Below, piece by piece: positions 59,608 to 64,000 of a DNA stretch of 64,000 nt (position 1 is its first letter; each line of letters starts with the position of its first letter). The notes beneath the pieces were generated by a model, which did no database searches, was not told the DNA's origin, and saw only the letters and a list, made by a program, of their open reading frames with translations. The position numbers and the translations under genes are program-made. The stretch comes from Cyanophora paradoxa CCMP329 (lineage: Eukaryota > Plantae > Glaucophyta). The DNA lies in NCBI GenBank assembly GCA_004431415.1, contig QPMI01000545.1, positions 124,001-188,000 of the forward strand, in the 5' to 3' direction.

Positions 59608-62154
59608 TCAACACTTTTGATCCGTCTGAAAAATTCGCTGAGTTTGCCGGTGGGCCAGCGATACTTGTATTCCGTGATTGGCGAATTCAGAAGCTACTTC
59701 ATCTCGGACTGTAGCTGCGAGAGATGTAATATATTAATTGAAGTACGAATAAGCGCAAGCTGAACTGGATGTCGACCGAAAACTAAACACTCACCATCGT
59801 CAGAGGCGAGAAGGCTGCAGATCTCGCTCCAGACCGGCTCAAAAACAACACCCTTGTGGTCCTTGTTTAGAGCTTGCGCAAGGTGATCTTTGCGCCGAAC
59901 TCGCAAAGATGCGCCTAGGTAATAGGTGGAGCCAACCAATGCAAAAAGTGCGAAAAGTTCCATCAGAACGAGCCAAGTAAGATTAGCGGCTGTCACGTAT
60001 GTCTCGTTCACAATAAGCGTTTCTTCTATGATAGGAACGCCATTAGCTGTGCAACCGGGAGGCCTGACAGGCCAGTTAGGCGCGGTTTATACATGTACAT
60101 TATACATGGTTTTTATCCACGGCATGTACACGTACTCTTTGAGGGATTGCTCGATGTTGTACTTGTGTCGAGAGTCAGCGATCATCCACGCCGCCAAGAA
60201 ACCGAGATATACACTTATCGTGACAGCTGATTGCTGCGTGCGTATTGTTTGCGAGACATATCATGATAAAGCATCGAGATTCGAGAGTGACTTGCAAGCA
60301 CTCGCGTTTACGTGCCTTGACTCTGATCGCTTTGAACTCTCGTGATTTTCTGTTCGTCCAAGCGTGTTTCCAATCTCCAAGCAAGTTCCTCCGGAACTTC
60401 GCGTCCTTTCCATCTGTCAATCTGCTCAATGGCGCATTTCGTCATGATCAGTGGTCAGTTGGGGAGATTTTTGCGCACGATCACAATATTCAAACTAATA
60501 ATAATTCAGTTTGTGAATTCGCACCGATACTCGTAACATCGGACGAGAAAGAGACCAATCGAAATAGCAATTGTGACAATGCTTTTACCCACGTCTTTGT
60601 GGTCTATTAGCGTAAGACTCGCTAGACTCGTCGCAGAAAGTACTTGGTCTGATGTATTCTGCCAAGGCGCACGAGAGGTGTATGCGCCGAGATCGACATG
60701 TACGTCGCAAACTCCCTCTGTCGCTTCTTTGGACACGGTCGCGGGAATCCATTTACCATTTGCTCCTTGCGAGTATACATATGAGATCTAGATCGATATA
60801 GTGTTCAAAAACAGATCACCGTCACTGTTCTTGCGGTAGTTGTTTTGGCGAATGCTGTTGTATTCCCGATCTCTTGGCAGGAGAACTAAATGTATGCCTG
60901 CGTCCGCCAGCTCTTTTTCGACAGCCTTGCTGGTTTCCTCAGAGTCAACAAGAAGATCCGCGATCTCCATTATATAATATCGAGTTACAAGCCGTTCGGC
61001 TTCGCGCTGCTTCTGAGAGCGCTCGCTTGAGGTCGTCTTTGTATCAAAGGGCACGAATCGCGATCGGATGCAGCGTTCACTTTGCCAAATTGCAAAAATC
61101 AAGGCAAAAAGGCCGAATTGATCAACAAACTGTGAGCGTCGAGCATGCACGTGCACAAGGTGAGCTTAATTATAATAATAAGCACCACAGTGCAGAAGAT
61201 TGCGAACCGCAAGAAACAGAAGAGTCTTTGTCGCGTTGTTGTATTTGTCTTGTTCATCAGCAGGGTTTGAGTCCGGGTTGCCCTAGGTGCGCGCCGGGCT
61301 CAGGCTTAAGACTCTGAGACTGACGCACGCAGAAGGTTAAAGATTTGAAGGGGGTGCCCTTACCCACTGACTCGGACTTGGCGGTACCTGGAATTCCCAA
61401 GCCGCATCCATGAGCAAAAAAAACGTACCCAGCACAACAGCGATAAGAAACCGCCTGAAGTACTTGCGCATACTTGTCTTTTGAGTAAGAGCCGCAAGGT
61501 GAGAGCCACCATATGCATGCGATCCTGTGACCACTTTCTTACGCTTGACATCTTCCGAAGAAAACTGGTCCATGAGCACGTTGCGGATGCCTAGATACGC
61601 GAGCGCAATCACAATGTAGACCATGCTTGGATAGGCAGCTGCACACGCGCGCGCATGCGCATTCATCAGAAAGCCCGGCGCCGGCCACGAATCGGCCTCG
61701 AAGCCCGGCATGAAAATATGTAGCACCTGAATAACTGATGAACGTTAAGCTTGCCGTACAGGTACTTTTAAGCAGCTCATCAAGAAACTCAACACGAAAG
61801 CGACAATTGAAATAGGCGTCGACATTAAACTCCAGATCTCCCACATGCTCTGCTGCTGGATCGTACCCATCGGCATCCTTGGCACCGCCTTCGACCGCGC
61901 TCGCATTCGAAACTAGCGCTGTAGATGTAGCACCGGTACTGGTACCAAAAACGCCGGCGTCGACCGCAGGCTCTACATCGCCATGGAAGCCGGCGCCTTC
62001 ACCTGCACACGCACCGTGGTATATATGCGTGTGCTCTGTAACGGCTGCAACCGCATGCGCACTGGGGGCGCGCACCTTTCGCACTGACATGTTCGATGTC
62101 ATGTACTTTAGCATTGATGATTTCGACAGAAATGTCTTCAGTTTGCGTGGCCAT
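59608..62154 (-). CDS. Hypothetical multi-pass membrane protein with two homologous modules; low GC, multi-exon
   Basis: MATQTEDISVE..; hydrophobic segments (SMVYIVIALAYLGIR, FLIAVVLGTFFLLM, LVLMELFALFALVG); GT..AG introns; TATA-like tttatataag ~60 nt upstream. Some junctions unresolved. Confidence 0.65.
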
Positions 62155-62399
62155 CTCTGAGTAGCTCCCGCCTGCCTGCCAGTGCTTACTACGTATGTGC
62201 TCAGCGGCTGCTTATATAAAGAACCGCCCAACTGCTGCACCTGTGCACTGCCAGCGCACTGCGGCCACGCGCGCTGCGGCCAGCTGCCGTACGGAAAGTT
62301 GTTCGAATTCTGGGCTGCCAGCTGCAGCCTGCAGGCTGCGATTCCGCGAGCACAGTCTATACACGGTATTATCGATTCCGCGAGCACAGGTAGCACTGC

Positions 62400-64000
62400 A
62401 GTCCGACGGTCGGCACTGCTGAGTCAGTGGATTCAGTGCTGACTCGGCCCGGCGGCGGGCCGGCGCCAAGCCGGCGGCAGGCTACCGCCCAGCAGCCTAC
62501 CGGTAGTAGTCCGGTACCGTAGAACGTGTACGGTGTACGGCAGCAGGCGTCGACTCCTCCGACTCCTCCGAGCGACGAATTCGAATCGCCGACGATTCGA
62601 ATTAAGCTTCTGCGAAGCTTCGAAGGAATTCGAATTCTAAACAAATTATGTAAGCTTTAAGGTTTCTGCGAAGCTTCGAAGGAATTCGAGTCGAGGGCCT
62701 CCCGCGGCGGCGCGGCCTCGAGGCTTCTGCGCCGATGAATTCGAATCGCCGATGATTCGGAAGCCTCCGACCAGGGTACAGGTTACAAATCGAATTATTG
62801 AATTCAATGATTACCAATCGAAAGAGCCGGTCACCTGAACCCGCTTTTTTTCCGTTGTCAAGTCGGAGTCTGTCAGACTGCTAAGTCAGCAGAGCTAACA
62901 GGCTAGTACTACGGTAACAGCTGCAGTGAGCTAACAGTACTGCTAACTTTGCTAATTATATATTAATTATAAGTTGACTGCTAACGCGCACGTGCCACGG
63001 TGCACCGCGGTCGCCGCGGTGCACCGTGGCACTGGCCGGCGGCCAAGCCGGCTAGCTAGCCGGCCAATTTGGGCGGGGGGCGCCTGGGCTAGGCAGCCGA
63101 AACCCCGGCTTGCCAGCCCAGGGGTTTTGCTGGTTTTCCCCGGCTTGTCAGCCAAGTCAGCAAGCCCGGGGCTCGCAATCGAGCCGGCGAACGAAGCATA
63201 GGTGAAGTTAGCGCGAGCTGCACCAAGCCAGACCGAGCCGCGCTGGCCACCGGTACCATATTAACTGGCAAGCCGCTGGCAAGCCAGCCGAAATTTTGGA
63301 GCCGCCAAGCCGCTAGGGCCAGCCCCGGTGCAAGCTTTCGGAATTTTGGGCCAGCCCCGGTGCAAGCTTCTAGACCCGCCGGCCAGTGCCCTACCGCGGC
63401 GTACCGGTACCGTCGGTACGTCGCGTAGGCGGCTAGTAGCCTCCTACTGCCAGGCAGTGCCAGCTAGCGCTGGCAGCCTGGCACTGCCTGGCAGGCTACC
63501 TGGCCCAGTGGTACGGTACTTAATTACGGCGCTTAATTAATTACCGGCAGGCTGGCAGTACACGGTATATGGGCCACCGACGGCCCACCGTATGGCTACC
63601 GTGTAATCAGAATACTACCTTACCCCGTGGTCCCCGTATCAATACTACCTTACCCCGTATCTTACTACCTTACCCCGGCAGGCTTAATTAACTACCCCGT
63701 ACCAAGACATTATATTATACGTGTACTGTGCTATACTACTACTATATATATAGTCTACTACTATTCCCTAGAATCCCTAATACCGGTTTTGCGTAGTACC
63801 AGTACACGTTCGCCGTACCGTAGTACGGTACCTAATCGACGTCTCGTCGCCGTGGACGTCCGGTCGTCGGTAGACCCGGCCCTCAAACGGTCAGCGTCGG
63901 CCACCCGGGCCATGCATATGGCCAGGCGCCGCGGCGCCGGCCGAAAATTTCTAAATCAGCTTCAGTTAACCGGAGCCCACTCAAATTCGTAATCAGCTTC
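62400..64000. repeat. Non-coding tract rich in short direct repeats and palindromes
   Basis: ttctgcgaagcttcgaaggaattcga x2, gaattcgaatcgccga x2, gggccagccccggtgcaagctt x2, tactaccttaccccg x3. Confidence 0.8.

Noticed and set aside
59570-62400. Low-GC block as a possible transposase, retroelement or viral insert
   Set aside because: No DDE, RT, integrase or capsid motifs were found; it reads as an intron-containing membrane protein gene.
62570-63700. Spaced short direct repeats resembling a CRISPR array
   Set aside because: Only 2-3 copies each, irregular spacing, eukaryotic context and no cas genes.

Overview
GC-rich, very intron-dense eukaryotic nuclear DNA, most likely a glaucophyte alga such as Cyanophora. 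This is an inference from an intronic AT-rich fragment of the plastid phycobilisome gene apcE, a Phe-motif transit peptide on PNPase, and dozens of short GT-AG/GC-AG introns. The six-frame ORF track is mostly GC-driven noise, so genes were spliced by eye and boundaries are approximate. There are about 15 genes: an ADCY10-type cyclase/STAND ATPase (truncated by the window), a His-rich protein, PITP, a UPF0390 protein, a plant-like small protein, a stand-alone LolD/MacB-type ABC ATPase, ECM29, a Cys-repeat protein, a PPC-domain protein, PNPase, a helical-repeat protein, an SDR, an unknown protein, an IPT/TIG-glycosyltransferase and a low-GC two-module membrane protein. The most interesting signals are: (1) a stereotyped +6-bp palindrome-generating insertion rule (wxyz -> wxyz-rc(wx)-wxyz), read directly from two independent local duplications, which would explain the period-6 palindromic arrays in the non-coding DNA; (2) a ~88-nt element in three introns of two unrelated genes, always sense to the host, with C/D-like boxes and two adjacent 18S rRNA-complementary segments; (3) an apcE NUPT inside an intron; (4) a Bacteroidetes-type PNPase with a plastid-type presequence; (5) a strand-specific intronic GTACCCC motif and frequent GC-AG introns.
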